Shown here in pieces: positions 18,854 through 28,187 of a stretch of 36,342 nucleotides of DNA. This stretch comes from Candidatus Wolframiiraptor gerlachensis (GTDB taxonomy: Archaea; Thermoproteota; Nitrososphaeria_A; Caldarchaeales; Wolframiiraptoraceae). The notes beneath the pieces were generated by a model, which saw only the letters and a program-made list of their open reading frames with translations, was not told the DNA's origin and searched no databases. The DNA lies in the NCBI GenBank assembly GCA_021323375.2, contig JAJPCT020000007.1:1-36342 (forward strand), read 5' to 3'. The position numbers and the translations under genes were made by a program. Within the stretch, counting starts at the first letter, position 1. The number at the start of each line of letters is the position of its first letter.

Positions 18854-19312
18854 ATGGCTGAGCTATGGTATTTCGCTTATGGGTGGTCGATGGATAAGTC
18901 TCTCATGAGGAAGTGTATTGGCGACTGGCTTGATGTGAGGCGCGCTACCCTGAAGGGCTTCGAGATAGTTTTCAACGCTTATTCTCCAGCTTGGAGGGGC
19001 GGCATCGCAAACCTTAGGGAGAGTGAGGGCGCAAGGATAATCGGCGTCGCATATAAGATAACATCTGATCAACTTGTGAAGCTGGATGCTTTTGAAGGAG
19101 TCCCATCGAGGGCCAGCAGGAGAATGGTCTTGATTGAGGTTGAGGGCATTGGCGAGGTCAAGGCGATAACCCACGTCGCCGCAAACCCAAGAGACGGGTT
19201 TGTCCAGCCCTCCAAGGAATACCTCTCAGCCATGCATCGCGGGATTAAGCAACACGATATCCCAGATGAGATGATAAAGATTATCCAGAGGGCTGCGGGG
19301 AGGCGGCCCTAG
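18854..19312 (+). CDS. Gamma-glutamylcyclotransferase (AIG2-like) family protein
   Basis: YFAYGWSM, LDAFEG, PSKEYL motifs. Confidence 0.85.
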   Translation: MAELWYFAYGWSMDKSLMRKCIGDWLDVRRATLKGFEIVFNAYSPAWRGGIANLRESEGARIIGVAYKITSDQLVKLDAFEGVPSRASRRMVLIEVEGIGEVKAITHVAANPRDGFVQPSKEYLSAMHRGIKQHDIPDEMIKIIQRAAGRRP

Positions 19313-19369
19313 GAGAGGAAAGATAAAATCATCGTAAGGACGCTTTTACTAGGAGCTGGCGATGCGGGG

Positions 19370-20044
19370 ATGAGCGACTTTCACATAGTCTTTGAGTTTC
19401 TCCATATAGTACGGGCTCATGGCTACCTTGGTGCGCTACTCATAGCGTTCGCAGGCAGCCTAGTCCCATTCCTCCCGGTCCCATACCTGATACCTATAGT
19501 TCTCATGGCTAGGACATTGGATCCGTTTCTCCTCGGGATCGCCGCGGGTGTTGGAGGCTCCATGGGGAAGATTACATCATATCTACTCGGCAGGTTCGGG
19601 AGAAAGCTCCTCAGCGAGGAGAGAAGGAGAAAGACCGCGGCCCTCGGAAGAGCTATCGCGAAATACGAGATGCTAGCGGTGTTCCTCTTCGCGCTCACAC
19701 CCCTCCCGGACGATATAGTCTATATCCCCGTCGGGCTCACCAGGCTGAGCATAGCGAAGTTCATGATCGCTAATATGCTCGGCAAGATAGTCCTCTCATG
19801 GATCGTCGCATATACTGGAAGATTCTACTTCGACCTCGCCACACTCTTCTTGGGAGAGGGTAATGGTCCCCTAGTAACGATATCAGCTATCATCGCCACG
19901 GTAGTGATAACTGTGATATTGCTGAGAGTAGATTGGGAGAAGGTAATCGAGAATGGTAGGAGAAATGGATTCTGGGCAGCATTCAAGGCACTACTCGAAT
20001 CTGCATTCGGGTTTACAGGTATAAGACGTGGATCTCAAAGCTGA
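19370..20044 (+). CDS. DedA/VTT (SNARE-associated) membrane protein
   Basis: PFLPVP, GGSMGKITSYLLGR, FALTPLPDD, GK motifs. Confidence 0.85.
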   Translation: MSDFHIVFEFLHIVRAHGYLGALLIAFAGSLVPFLPVPYLIPIVLMARTLDPFLLGIAAGVGGSMGKITSYLLGRFGRKLLSEERRRKTAALGRAIAKYEMLAVFLFALTPLPDDIVYIPVGLTRLSIAKFMIANMLGKIVLSWIVAYTGRFYFDLATLFLGEGNGPLVTISAIIATVVITVILLRVDWEKVIENGRRNGFWAAFKALLESAFGFTGIRRGSQS

Positions 20045-20078
20045 AAGACGTATATGCCGCATATTAGCTTGGCTACAC

Positions 20079-20765
20079 ATGGCGAGAACCTATAAGTGGC
20101 TAGGCGGGATAGGATATATCCTCAGCTTCATACCATATGCTGGCTTCATCTCCTCGATCCTCATTGCAATAGCTTGGATACTCATGGGCAGGGATACGCG
20201 GGAGAGGGTATTCACGATCCTAGGGGTGCTAATGCTCACGACATACGTCCTCGCCATAGCGCTCATCATCTGGCTGATCCTAAGCCTCCTACCCGCGGCA
20301 TTTGCTGGCACGATGGCAATCACGCCCGAGACTATGACTATGCCTTGAAGGATGAGCCAGGCCTTCGGCCAACTCTTCGCCTGGCTATTAGGCGTGGTTG
20401 TAACCGGCCTCGTGCTAGTCGGCCTCGTGATCACGGTCTTCATACTAGATATAGTTGCTCACCTCAGGGCTGGGAAAACCTTCAACAACAAGTGGTTCAA
20501 GATCGCTGGATGGATGAGGATAATCCTAGCGATAGCAATAGTGGTCGCGATTCCGCTCACGGTGTTCTTGATAAGCTCAGCCGGCCCTAGTATGCTTCCA
20601 TCAACACTCTTTGGACCCCCCTATGGCGCGATCCTGCCGCTCCTCCTCACGATCTTCTGGCCCATTCTCATAGTCCTTGTGATCGGCCTTCTCGCGACGA
20701 TCTTCTCGATAATCGCGTTCTTCACGATCCCGGAAGAGGCTCCGCCAGCACAGCCATCAAGCTGA
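20079..20765 (+). pseudogene. DUF996-like membrane protein interrupted by one in-frame TGA (20346-20348)
   Basis: ORFs 20028-20348 and 20352-20765 are in the same frame. KWLGGIGYIL start and F..A.W...IIAFFTIPE end fit one protein of about 228 aa. Confidence 0.65.
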
Positions 20766-20822
20766 CCATAAATGACAATAAACTTTAGATCCTGCGCTTA
20801 GCCCCATAATCTCGGTGCGGTA

Positions 20823-22100
20823 GTGTTGAGCGGCTGGGGTGGAATATCATCATCCGAGATGGCCGCGATCGATGAGAATGCGGAGTGGCTTGGGGTCCCG
20901 AGAATATTGCTGATGGAGAATGCCGGTGCCTGTGTTGCGAGAGTGGTCTACCAGTGGCTTGGAGGGGTTGCTGGCGCGAAGATCACAGTAGTCTGCGGGA
21001 CTGGCAATAACGGGGGCGACGGCTTCGCTGCTGCAAGGCATCTCGCCGGCCTCGGGGCAGATGTTACGGTAATCCTCATCGGGGACCCCGATAGGATCAG
21101 GACCTTAGAGGCTAGGACGAATTTCGAGGCTGTTAAGACCATGCGCGAGTCGATAAAGCTCTTCATCGTTCGAGACATGGAGGATTTGGAAAGGGTTAGG
21201 CACGTGATCGAGGGGTCCGAGGTTGTTGTCGACGCGATATTCGGCACTGGTGTTAGGGGGCGGATTGCCGAGCCCTGGAGATCGGCGATACAGCTCATAA
21301 ACTCCTTGAGGGCGCTCAAGGTTGCGGTGGATATACCATCGGGTCTGAACCCTGACACCGGTGAGGCTGAGGACGTGTGTGTCAACGCTGACGTGACCGT
21401 GACATTTCATAGGCCGAAGCTAGGCCTGCCGGCGGCCGCGGACCATTGCGGTGAGCTCATTATCGCGCCTATTGGGATACCACCGGAGGCGGAGATAGTG
21501 ATGGGGCCTGGGAACCTCAGGCAAGCCCTAAGAATGATGAGGGACCATGTGGGGGAGATAGTCTTGCTCGAGCCGCTGCCCGACGAAGCGATAAAGCTGA
21601 TAAGTATGCTGGGGGCCGAACCTAAAATCGGCGAGTCGCGTGAGGGCTACGTAGTTTATGCCGGCAGGAAGATTGATCTGCTCAAGGATCTAAAAGGAGG
21701 CTACTCGTGGGCCATGGTACTTGGGATGACATCCGGCCCGAGGCTCATCTCGATAATCGGCGAGAAGGAGGCATCCCGGCTCGGGATAAACATGAACATG
21801 GAGCTGCGCGGAAGATACGAGGCCTATTCTAGGAGGGCCTCGGAACTCGAGAACATAGTCTACATCATGGGAAGAAGCTTGGATTTACTGCTCGGTGATT
21901 CCAAGTGGAGGCTAGGCTGGGCTGGTAGGCCGCTTAATGACCAAGGCTTAAACACCCTGATCGCCACGACACTAGCGCTCCTCGCAAGAGGGGTCAATGG
22001 GTTCGACGCCGCCTCGGCAGCAGGATACCTAGCAGGAATAGCAACAGGCTCCGGGTACGACGCCGCTATTAGCGAGCTGAGAAGAATTATGGAAGATTAG
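20823..22100 (+). CDS. nnrE: NAD(P)H-hydrate epimerase (YjeF_N) with a degenerate C-terminal domain
   Basis: LMENAG, CGTGNNGGDG, VDAIFGTG, AVDIPSG, TVTFH, IGIP. The tail resembles an eroded YjeF_C. Confidence 0.9.
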   Translation: MLSGWGGISSSEMAAIDENAEWLGVPRILLMENAGACVARVVYQWLGGVAGAKITVVCGTGNNGGDGFAAARHLAGLGADVTVILIGDPDRIRTLEARTNFEAVKTMRESIKLFIVRDMEDLERVRHVIEGSEVVVDAIFGTGVRGRIAEPWRSAIQLINSLRALKVAVDIPSGLNPDTGEAEDVCVNADVTVTFHRPKLGLPAAADHCGELIIAPIGIPPEAEIVMGPGNLRQALRMMRDHVGEIVLLEPLPDEAIKLISMLGAEPKIGESREGYVVYAGRKIDLLKDLKGGYSWAMVLGMTSGPRLISIIGEKEASRLGINMNMELRGRYEAYSRRASELENIVYIMGRSLDLLLGDSKWRLGWAGRPLNDQGLNTLIATTLALLARGVNGFDAASAAGYLAGIATGSGYDAAISELRRIMED

Positions 22101-22164
22101 CTAACCTTCCTCTTACACAGCATATGGGAAAATTAGAGGTTTCAGGCTCTTAAGCGAGAGCTGA

Positions 22165-23140
22165 TTACGGCGTTCTAGCGTGCCGAATCGCTATTATTAT
22201 TGCCACGATTACTATTGCTATGATGGCTGTGATGATTATGACGAGCATGAAGGGGGTTATCTCGAAAACTGTGGTCGCCTGACTTGTTGCCGGCGTCGTT
22301 ATGCTCTGCGGCATGGTTGGCTGCGTCATGGCACCCGTCTCGGTCTTTATCATCGGCGTCCTGCTCACCATGGACTCCACGGTGATCGTCTTTGTCACGG
22401 TGCTCCCCGGGATCGTGATAGTTCTTGTCACGGTCATGTCGGGATTGCTTATCGTCGTCACTATCGTCTGTCCTTTCTCCTCATGCGTCATGGTATAAGT
22501 CTCGCCCGGTATAATTGTTGCTTTCGTAGTGGTTAGGGGACCCGTGATAAGGGGCTCCGGAAGTGTCATAACGGTCTCGCTCACGGTATACCCGGGCATT
22601 GCTATGTGAATTGTCATCGGCTCGCTTGCCTCGAACCTGTTTATCATTGTGACGGTTATGGCCTTGCAATATTCCATTATCTCCCCATAGACGAGGACTG
22701 GCATGCTGATGACAGTTCTGATTGGCTCCATCTCTATCGTGGTTAAGACCTCGATATCCTCTAACCCTGTCCTAGTCTCGGTCGTTCCTCCCTCGACTTG
22801 CGTAATCGTCGTTTCATATGTCGCCACTGGGATAACATATGTCGTCGTTATTCCCGGAATGGTTGCCCTTGGGATTGTGATCTCCGTGACGGGCTCGCCT
22901 CTAATGATCATTATGCATTCCTGATCCGGCCTCATCTCGATGTAGATGAGCTTGTAGCCGCCATGGACTATCGTGGCGACGCCCGTCGTCCCGGGCACCA
23001 CCGATGTTTCTGTCGTCGTTGATGGGGGGGTAGGTTATAACGGTCGTCGTGATCGTGGTAATCTGCTGGGCCAAGCCGATTGACAAGACACCTAACACTA
23101 GAATTACTATCGCGATATGCGATAAGAACCTGTTATTCAC
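22165..23140 (-). pseudogene. Thr-rich, C-terminally anchored surface protein, frameshifted at a C7 run (23024-23030)
   Basis: The signal-peptide ORF starting at 23140 joins the 22165-23001 frame if one C is removed (..VITYPPSTTTETSVVPG..). Ends in a TM helix plus basic tail. Confidence 0.75.
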
Positions 23141-23303
23141 TCTTCAGCCTCCTTTGATCGTCATATCATGGAAATGACTGATTTAAGTATTCCGAGCGAT
23201 GCCTATTGCTGGCCAAAGGGCTGCTGGAGCCGACGCACGACCTCCTCGGGCTTGGGATCCACGTGATAGCTTAATCTCGGGCTTTAGGCCTTATTATACT
23301 GGG

Positions 23304-24098
23304 TTGCCATCGGAGGTGAGCAGGCTTAGGACTGGCGTTAAGGGGATTGACGATCTTATCGAGGGAGGGATACCTGAGGGGTTCTTGGTGGCTGTGACCG
23401 GCGAGCCGGGATGTGGCAAGACCATCTTCTCAATTCATTTTATAAATCAGGGGATACTTGATGGTGATAAGTGCATTTACATAACAACTGAGGAGAGTAG
23501 GGAGTCGATTATGAGGCAGGCCTCGCAGTTCGGGATGGACTTCGAGAAGGCTATGGAGGATGGTAAACTGATAATAGTTGACGCGCTGATGGGGAGGGAG
23601 GATAAGTGGAGCCTGAAGTCCCTTGACATGGAGGCGCTTGTCGAGAAGATAATCGAAGCGAAGAAGGAGCTGGGATATGGGAGGGCCAGGATCGCAATAG
23701 ACTCGCTCTCAGCCTTCTGGCTTGATAGGCCCGCGATGGCGAGAAGGTACAGCTACTACCTTAAGAAGGTCTTGTCAAAGTGGAACTTCACGATCCTCGC
23801 CGTGAGCCAGTATGCTATAACGACTGCTGAGAGCTTTGGATGGGGTATAGAGCATATAGCAGATGGCATAATCAGGTTTAGGAGGGCGCTGAGGGGTGGG
23901 GAGCTGAAGAGATTCGTGATAATCGAGAAGATGAGACAGACGAATCACAGCAGATACCTGCATGAGATCGATATAAGACCCGGCGTCGGTCTCATGGTCT
24001 TGGGAAGGGTTGAGAGAAGAGTAGAGAACTACAAGCTCCCGCCGGATGTGATGAGGAGGATAATCGAGGCAAAGCGGAGGGCGGAGGAGATCCTATGA
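23304..24098 (+). CDS. KaiC/RAD55-like single-domain ATPase
   Basis: TGVKGIDDLIEGGIP, GEPGCGKT, TEE, IDSLS, EHIADGII, IEKMRQT. Start probably TTG 23304 rather than 23199. Confidence 0.9.
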   Translation: MPSEVSRLRTGVKGIDDLIEGGIPEGFLVAVTGEPGCGKTIFSIHFINQGILDGDKCIYITTEESRESIMRQASQFGMDFEKAMEDGKLIIVDALMGREDKWSLKSLDMEALVEKIIEAKKELGYGRARIAIDSLSAFWLDRPAMARRYSYYLKKVLSKWNFTILAVSQYAITTAESFGWGIEHIADGIIRFRRALRGGELKRFVIIEKMRQTNHSRYLHEIDIRPGVGLMVLGRVERRVENYKLPPDVMRRIIEAKRRAEEIL

Positions 24099-24961
24099 AT
24101 TGGAAGCATGTGAGAGAACATTACATGAGAGCCGAGGTTAGGAAGGAGATTGCTGAGTACTGCGCCGGGAAATGGGTTGCCATCCATTGCGAGGAGAGAG
24201 ATAATGGAGTAAGGCCCATGATCAGGTATTGGAGCCGGGGCAGGCCCCTAACCATGAGATGCGAGGATGATATTGACAGAATCTTTGAGAGGTTTTCATC
24301 GATGAGACCTAGGGCTTTCTATGCAACGGCGCATATCTATGGGAGGCTGGTCTCGGTAGAGAACCTGGAGAGCCGGGAGAACATCATAAGATCCTCGCCG
24401 ACTTGGGATATAGACTCGCGGAATGGTGATTGGAGGAAGGTTGTCAGGAAGGCTATGGAGATATTGGAGGCACTTGAGAAGCATGGTATCGTTAAGTCGG
24501 TCTTCTTCAAGTGGAGTGGGAGGGGCGCTCATGTCCATGTTCATCCGAGGACATTCAGCCCAGACCTCCTCCACAGGATCAACCCGCTTGACGTGGCGTA
24601 CTCCGTGACCCAGTATATCGCTTGTAGGATAGAGCCCGAGGTTGGTGTCGTCGTCGAGAATAAGATTGATGTTCAAAGGGTCTTCACCGCTCCGCTCAGC
24701 CTGCATAGATCAGTTGATAGGGTGGCTGTCTGTGTTCCACCGGATGAGCTGGAGAGCTTCCACGTGGAGTGGGCCAGCCCAAGCGGATACAAGCACTTCC
24801 CGCATACCTGGCGCAGATATGAGGAGGGTGAGGGGGACGAGCTGGCTGAAAGAGCATACGCCACAGTCGGACCATATCTTGCTGGGCGAGCTAGGAGGAG
24901 ACGCAAGCATAAGCCGCTTGATCAAGAGATCCTAGAGACTTTCAGGAGATTCAAGCTATAG
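24095..24961 (+). CDS. Archaeo-eukaryotic primase (AEP) superfamily catalytic-domain protein
   Basis: Motif I WDID, motif II WSGRGAHVH, motif III KIDVQRVFTAPLSLH. ATGA overlap with the KaiC-like gene. Confidence 0.75.
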   Translation: MNWKHVREHYMRAEVRKEIAEYCAGKWVAIHCEERDNGVRPMIRYWSRGRPLTMRCEDDIDRIFERFSSMRPRAFYATAHIYGRLVSVENLESRENIIRSSPTWDIDSRNGDWRKVVRKAMEILEALEKHGIVKSVFFKWSGRGAHVHVHPRTFSPDLLHRINPLDVAYSVTQYIACRIEPEVGVVVENKIDVQRVFTAPLSLHRSVDRVAVCVPPDELESFHVEWASPSGYKHFPHTWRRYEEGEGDELAERAYATVGPYLAGRARRRRKHKPLDQEILETFRRFKL

Positions 24962-25675
24962 TATTAGCTGGAGGATTAGGGCTAGAACATCGCCCACTAG
25001 GACATAGAAGATGAAGCCCGCGGTTATGGAGATGAGTAGTGGCAGGCCCGGCGTGATCCAGCAATCATCCCGCTGAATCTCCTCAAGCTCTAGGCCGAGG
25101 ACGTTGAAGTTGAAGTATCTTCTCCCATCGCGCTCCGTCTCGAGGGGGAACCAGAACCTCCTCCGCCTAGCATTTCTCGATCTTATCCCGAAGAGCATTG
25201 CCGCAAGCTTTCTCATCCTCTTCTCATGCTCGAATCCCTCGAAGATCCCCTCCCCCCTAGCTAGGGCTATCAGGTTCCATGCGAGGAATATGGGAAGTAT
25301 GAGGAGCGAGAATAGGAGACCATTCGAGAGAGATGCGAGCCCGGTGAATGGATGCATCTTGAATGGCGGGCTATAGATTGGGAGGCCTATGGATATAATC
25401 GCTATCGCCTTGGCATCAGCGCCGCCATAAAAGCCGAAGAAGTAGAAGGCAAAGGCAAGCCCAGCTGAGAGAGCTATCGAGATCAAGACTTGAATAAGCC
25501 TATCAAGGCTCCACCATGAGGCCATGTCTAAGCCGGTTAAGATCGCGCCAGCCGCCCCGCAGATCACCCAGACCCAGTCATCAACCTCCCTCGAAACCCA
25601 ATCCTTGTAAGAGGCATAGAATAGGCCGGCCATTACCACACCTATCCTGATCGGCGTCAGAGGTTCCTCGAGCAA
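24956..25675 (-). CDS. Prepilin/preflagellin peptidase (A24, FlaK/PibD-like)
   Basis: SYKDWVSREV, GGADAK, WITPGLPLL. Confidence 0.9.
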   Translation of the reverse strand: MLEEPLTPIRIGVVMAGLFYASYKDWVSREVDDWVWVICGAAGAILTGLDMASWWSLDRLIQVLISIALSAGLAFAFYFFGFYGGADAKAIAIISIGLPIYSPPFKMHPFTGLASLSNGLLFSLLILPIFLAWNLIALARGEGIFEGFEHEKRMRKLAAMLFGIRSRNARRRRFWFPLETERDGRRYFNFNVLGLELEEIQRDDCWITPGLPLLISITAGFIFYVLVGDVLALILQLIL

Positions 25676-25678
25676 GCT

Positions 25679-26539
25679 CTAGCCCACCACCCTGTCAAAC
25701 TGCTTCATAACCCGCGGGATCTCCTCAAGAAGATCCGTCGCTATTATGTGGAGACCCAACCTCTCTGCTGCCAGCTCACCAGCCTTCCCATTTATCCAAG
25801 CTGCTGAGGCCGCGGCCCTGAACGGCTCGACACCCCATGCGAGAAATGTCGCCACGATCCCGGATAATATGTCGCCCGTCCCACCCGTTGTCATGGCAGG
25901 CGTCCCGGTCTCATTCACAGCCACATCCATGCCATCCGAGATCACATCAACTCTACCCTTCAATAGGATCGTGACCTTATTCTTCCCAGCCTGCTCCATG
26001 ACAACCTTAACCCGATCCTCAAGCCTGCTTGGCGCCTCAATGCCGAAAACCCGCTTAAACTCCCCAACATGAGGTGTTAAGACAACCCTGCCGCCGCTAA
26101 CATGCTTTAGAATCCCAGGATAAAGGGCTCCAGCATCCAGCACCAAGCTCTTTCCAGCCGCGATCGCCTCCCTAGCCACGAGCTCTATCCCGGGCTCGCT
26201 CCCAGCCTCAAGCCCAGGCCCTATCACGATGGAATCAACCTTGGGAAGCACCTTCAGCACCCTCCTAGCCGCGCCCCTCGTAAGCTTCATGTCCGTCAGC
26301 GGTATCACTATCACCGCTGGCGAGAGCGCTCTGATAGGTGTCGCGATTTTCTCGGGAACCGCGATATATGCTAGGTCGACGCCGCATCTTAGGGCAGCCA
26401 TAGCCGCGAGAAATGGAGCGCCATGATACATCCAGCTACCGCCGATAACTAGAACCACGCCATTCTCGCCCTTATGAGAATCAGCTCTCCTCGGCCTAAC
26501 GCTCTCCCTAATAAAATCCTCATCCACAACTCTATACAT
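25679..26539 (-). CDS. nnrD: NAD(P)H-hydrate dehydratase (YjeF_C)
   Basis: SHKGENG, IGGS..YHGAP, IGPGL, VLDAGAL, LTPHVGEF, LLKG, GGTGDILSG. Confidence 0.93.
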   Translation of the reverse strand: MYRVVDEDFIRESVRPRRADSHKGENGVVLVIGGSWMYHGAPFLAAMAALRCGVDLAYIAVPEKIATPIRALSPAVIVIPLTDMKLTRGAARRVLKVLPKVDSIVIGPGLEAGSEPGIELVAREAIAAGKSLVLDAGALYPGILKHVSGGRVVLTPHVGEFKRVFGIEAPSRLEDRVKVVMEQAGKNKVTILLKGRVDVISDGMDVAVNETGTPAMTTGGTGDILSGIVATFLAWGVEPFRAAASAAWINGKAGELAAERLGLHIIATDLLEEIPRVMKQFDRVVG

Positions 26540-26626
26540 TCCCTACTCCGGCGTGGAGATGTTTGGCTGGTATATTAGGCCGTCCACTGGAGCGAGATAA
26601 AATTTGGGGTGGGGAGAAAAATCCCC

Positions 26627-26929
26627 TTACTTCTTCTTTGCGGAGCCCTTCTTCGGCGCGATCCTTATCTCGATTGTACTGACGCTTCTCGGCCTACCGT
26701 CTTGGCCAACTCTGCCCTCCTCGGTCCCAATGCTGACGCTCTGGATCTCGGCGTCCTGCACGAACCTCCTTGTAACAACCTGAGCCACGTCCACGGCCTT
26801 GCTTATCGCCCTTCCACGAGCCTTCAGAACCACCGTCTTCCCCTCAGAGAGGGGCATCGTCGTCGCCAGAACATAATTCATCGTCGGCTTCCTCCCAATG
26901 AGGACAACAGCCTCGGATATCTCGCTCAT
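26627..26929 (-). CDS. albA: DNA/RNA-binding protein Alba
   Basis: IGRKPTMNYVLA, KARGRAISKAVDVA, VSTIEI. Confidence 0.96.
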   Translation of the reverse strand: MSEISEAVVLIGRKPTMNYVLATTMPLSEGKTVVLKARGRAISKAVDVAQVVTRRFVQDAEIQSVSIGTEEGRVGQDGRPRSVSTIEIRIAPKKGSAKKK

Positions 26930-27005
26930 TCAAGACCACCTGCGCGAGGCTAAAGTTATCACCGGAATATTAAAAACATTTCCCTCCCGAGTGGAAGGGG
27001 CAATT

Positions 27006-27401
27006 CTAGCCCGTTGTAAGGCTAAACGGCTTACCCTCTCTCAGAACCTTCTCGGGAATACGGGATCTCCAAGTCGCGAGGAATCTTAGGTCCTCGTTGC
27101 GGTCACGCAGATTATCCGGAAGCATTCTCGGGATCTCAGCTTCTATGGGATACCATCTGCCACATCCGCCGCAAAATAATATCCCATCAACTATCTCAAG
27201 CCGCCAGCAATCGGAGCAGGCTGGCTCGCCTTCCAGCTCGTCAAGCATCTTAGACGCGTAGCCGCAATAAATCTCGCACTTCACAGGATTTAGCTCAACC
27301 TCGATCCTCCGAGTCCTAAACACGTGAAGCTCTAGAGGGAAGTTTTTGCAGATCGGGCAGGCTAGTAAATCCATCAACCGATACTTCATCTCGGAAACCA
27401 T
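27006..27401 (-). CDS. Trm112-family methyltransferase activator
   Basis: MKYRLMDLLACPICK...DGILFCGGCGRWYPIEAEIPRMLP. Confidence 0.9.
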   Translation of the reverse strand: MVSEMKYRLMDLLACPICKNFPLELHVFRTRRIEVELNPVKCEIYCGYASKMLDELEGEPACSDCWRLEIVDGILFCGGCGRWYPIEAEIPRMLPDNLRDRNEDLRFLATWRSRIPEKVLREGKPFSLTTG

Positions 27402-27539
27402 TAATTATGTGGATTGCGCGAGTTAAGAAGTAATCGTTTCCCATAACCCTCAGGAACCCTTAAACATCTTATTAAGGCGAATTCCTGAACCCTAGGATCT
27501 CCATCAACCGGGGCTGGGACAGTCCTTCCAACATTCATC

Positions 27540-27815
27540 CTAGACTACTCCTACCACTTTATCTCCTTCTAGGATCATGGTCTCCCCAGTCCAGATACTC
27601 CTGACAAGGCTCCTGGTTTCCCTCATATTCTCGCTTAAATACGCTGAGCCCCCATACTCGTTAAAAGTTCTAATCGTAAAGATCCTAGAGTCGGGGTCAT
27701 AAAGAACCGTAACTGCTACATATCCTCTGAAGCTCGGCTTGAACCTCCTCCTAAGCCCCTCTATCCGCCTAAAGCATTCCCCCGCATACCATCTCATAGC
27801 ATCCTTAACAAACAT
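27540..27815 (-). CDS. Hypothetical protein, divergent from the IS110/Nop-like module
   Basis: Protein-like C-terminal part of ORF 27540-28025 from ATG 27815 (MFVKDAMRWY...GDKVVGVV); no recognisable motif. Confidence 0.5.
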   Translation of the reverse strand: MFVKDAMRWYAGECFRRIEGLRRRFKPSFRGYVAVTVLYDPDSRIFTIRTFNEYGGSAYLSENMRETRSLVRSIWTGETMILEGDKVVGVV

Positions 27816-27950
27816 GTCATCTATACGCCTCGGGATGCTCCTCTCGGCCTTTAATGTCGTTGATGGCGCCGCTGCTGGCGATGCTCGAGGGGTTATGTGG
27901 GTGGCCGAGGAGGGATTTATTCCAGCAACCTTCCATAAGGGAGGAGGGGG

Positions 27951-28184
27951 TTGAGGAGATTGCTGAAGGATATTGAGCAGAGGTATGGCGGCGCGTCCGC
28001 TGAGCTCGGCCCCGGAGCGCTCCAAGACCTTAAGAGGAACAATGTCTTCGAGTTCTGCCGGTTCTACGCTAGGTGGCTCGGATCACCATTGATGGAGAGG
28101 CTGAGGCATGAGATATATGAGCTGTTGGAGGAGGCCATAGTCTGGTGGGGTAGGCAGAGTATTCTCGACGTTGTAGGGAGGTGA
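27951..28184 (+). CDS. Small helical protein (77 aa) abutting the IS110/Nop-like gene
   Basis: Strong SD GGAGGAGG before TTG; the stop lies within the SD (GGAGGTGA) of the next gene; homolog at 3589-3741. Confidence 0.7.
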   Translation: MRRLLKDIEQRYGGASAELGPGALQDLKRNNVFEFCRFYARWLGSPLMERLRHEIYELLEEAIVWWGRQSILDVVGR

Positions 28185-28187
28185 TTG

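Noticed and set aside
27739-27954. Plus-strand 71-aa ORF upstream of the small module gene
   Set aside because: Overlaps the opposite-strand ORF and has no counterpart at the second copy; unsupported.
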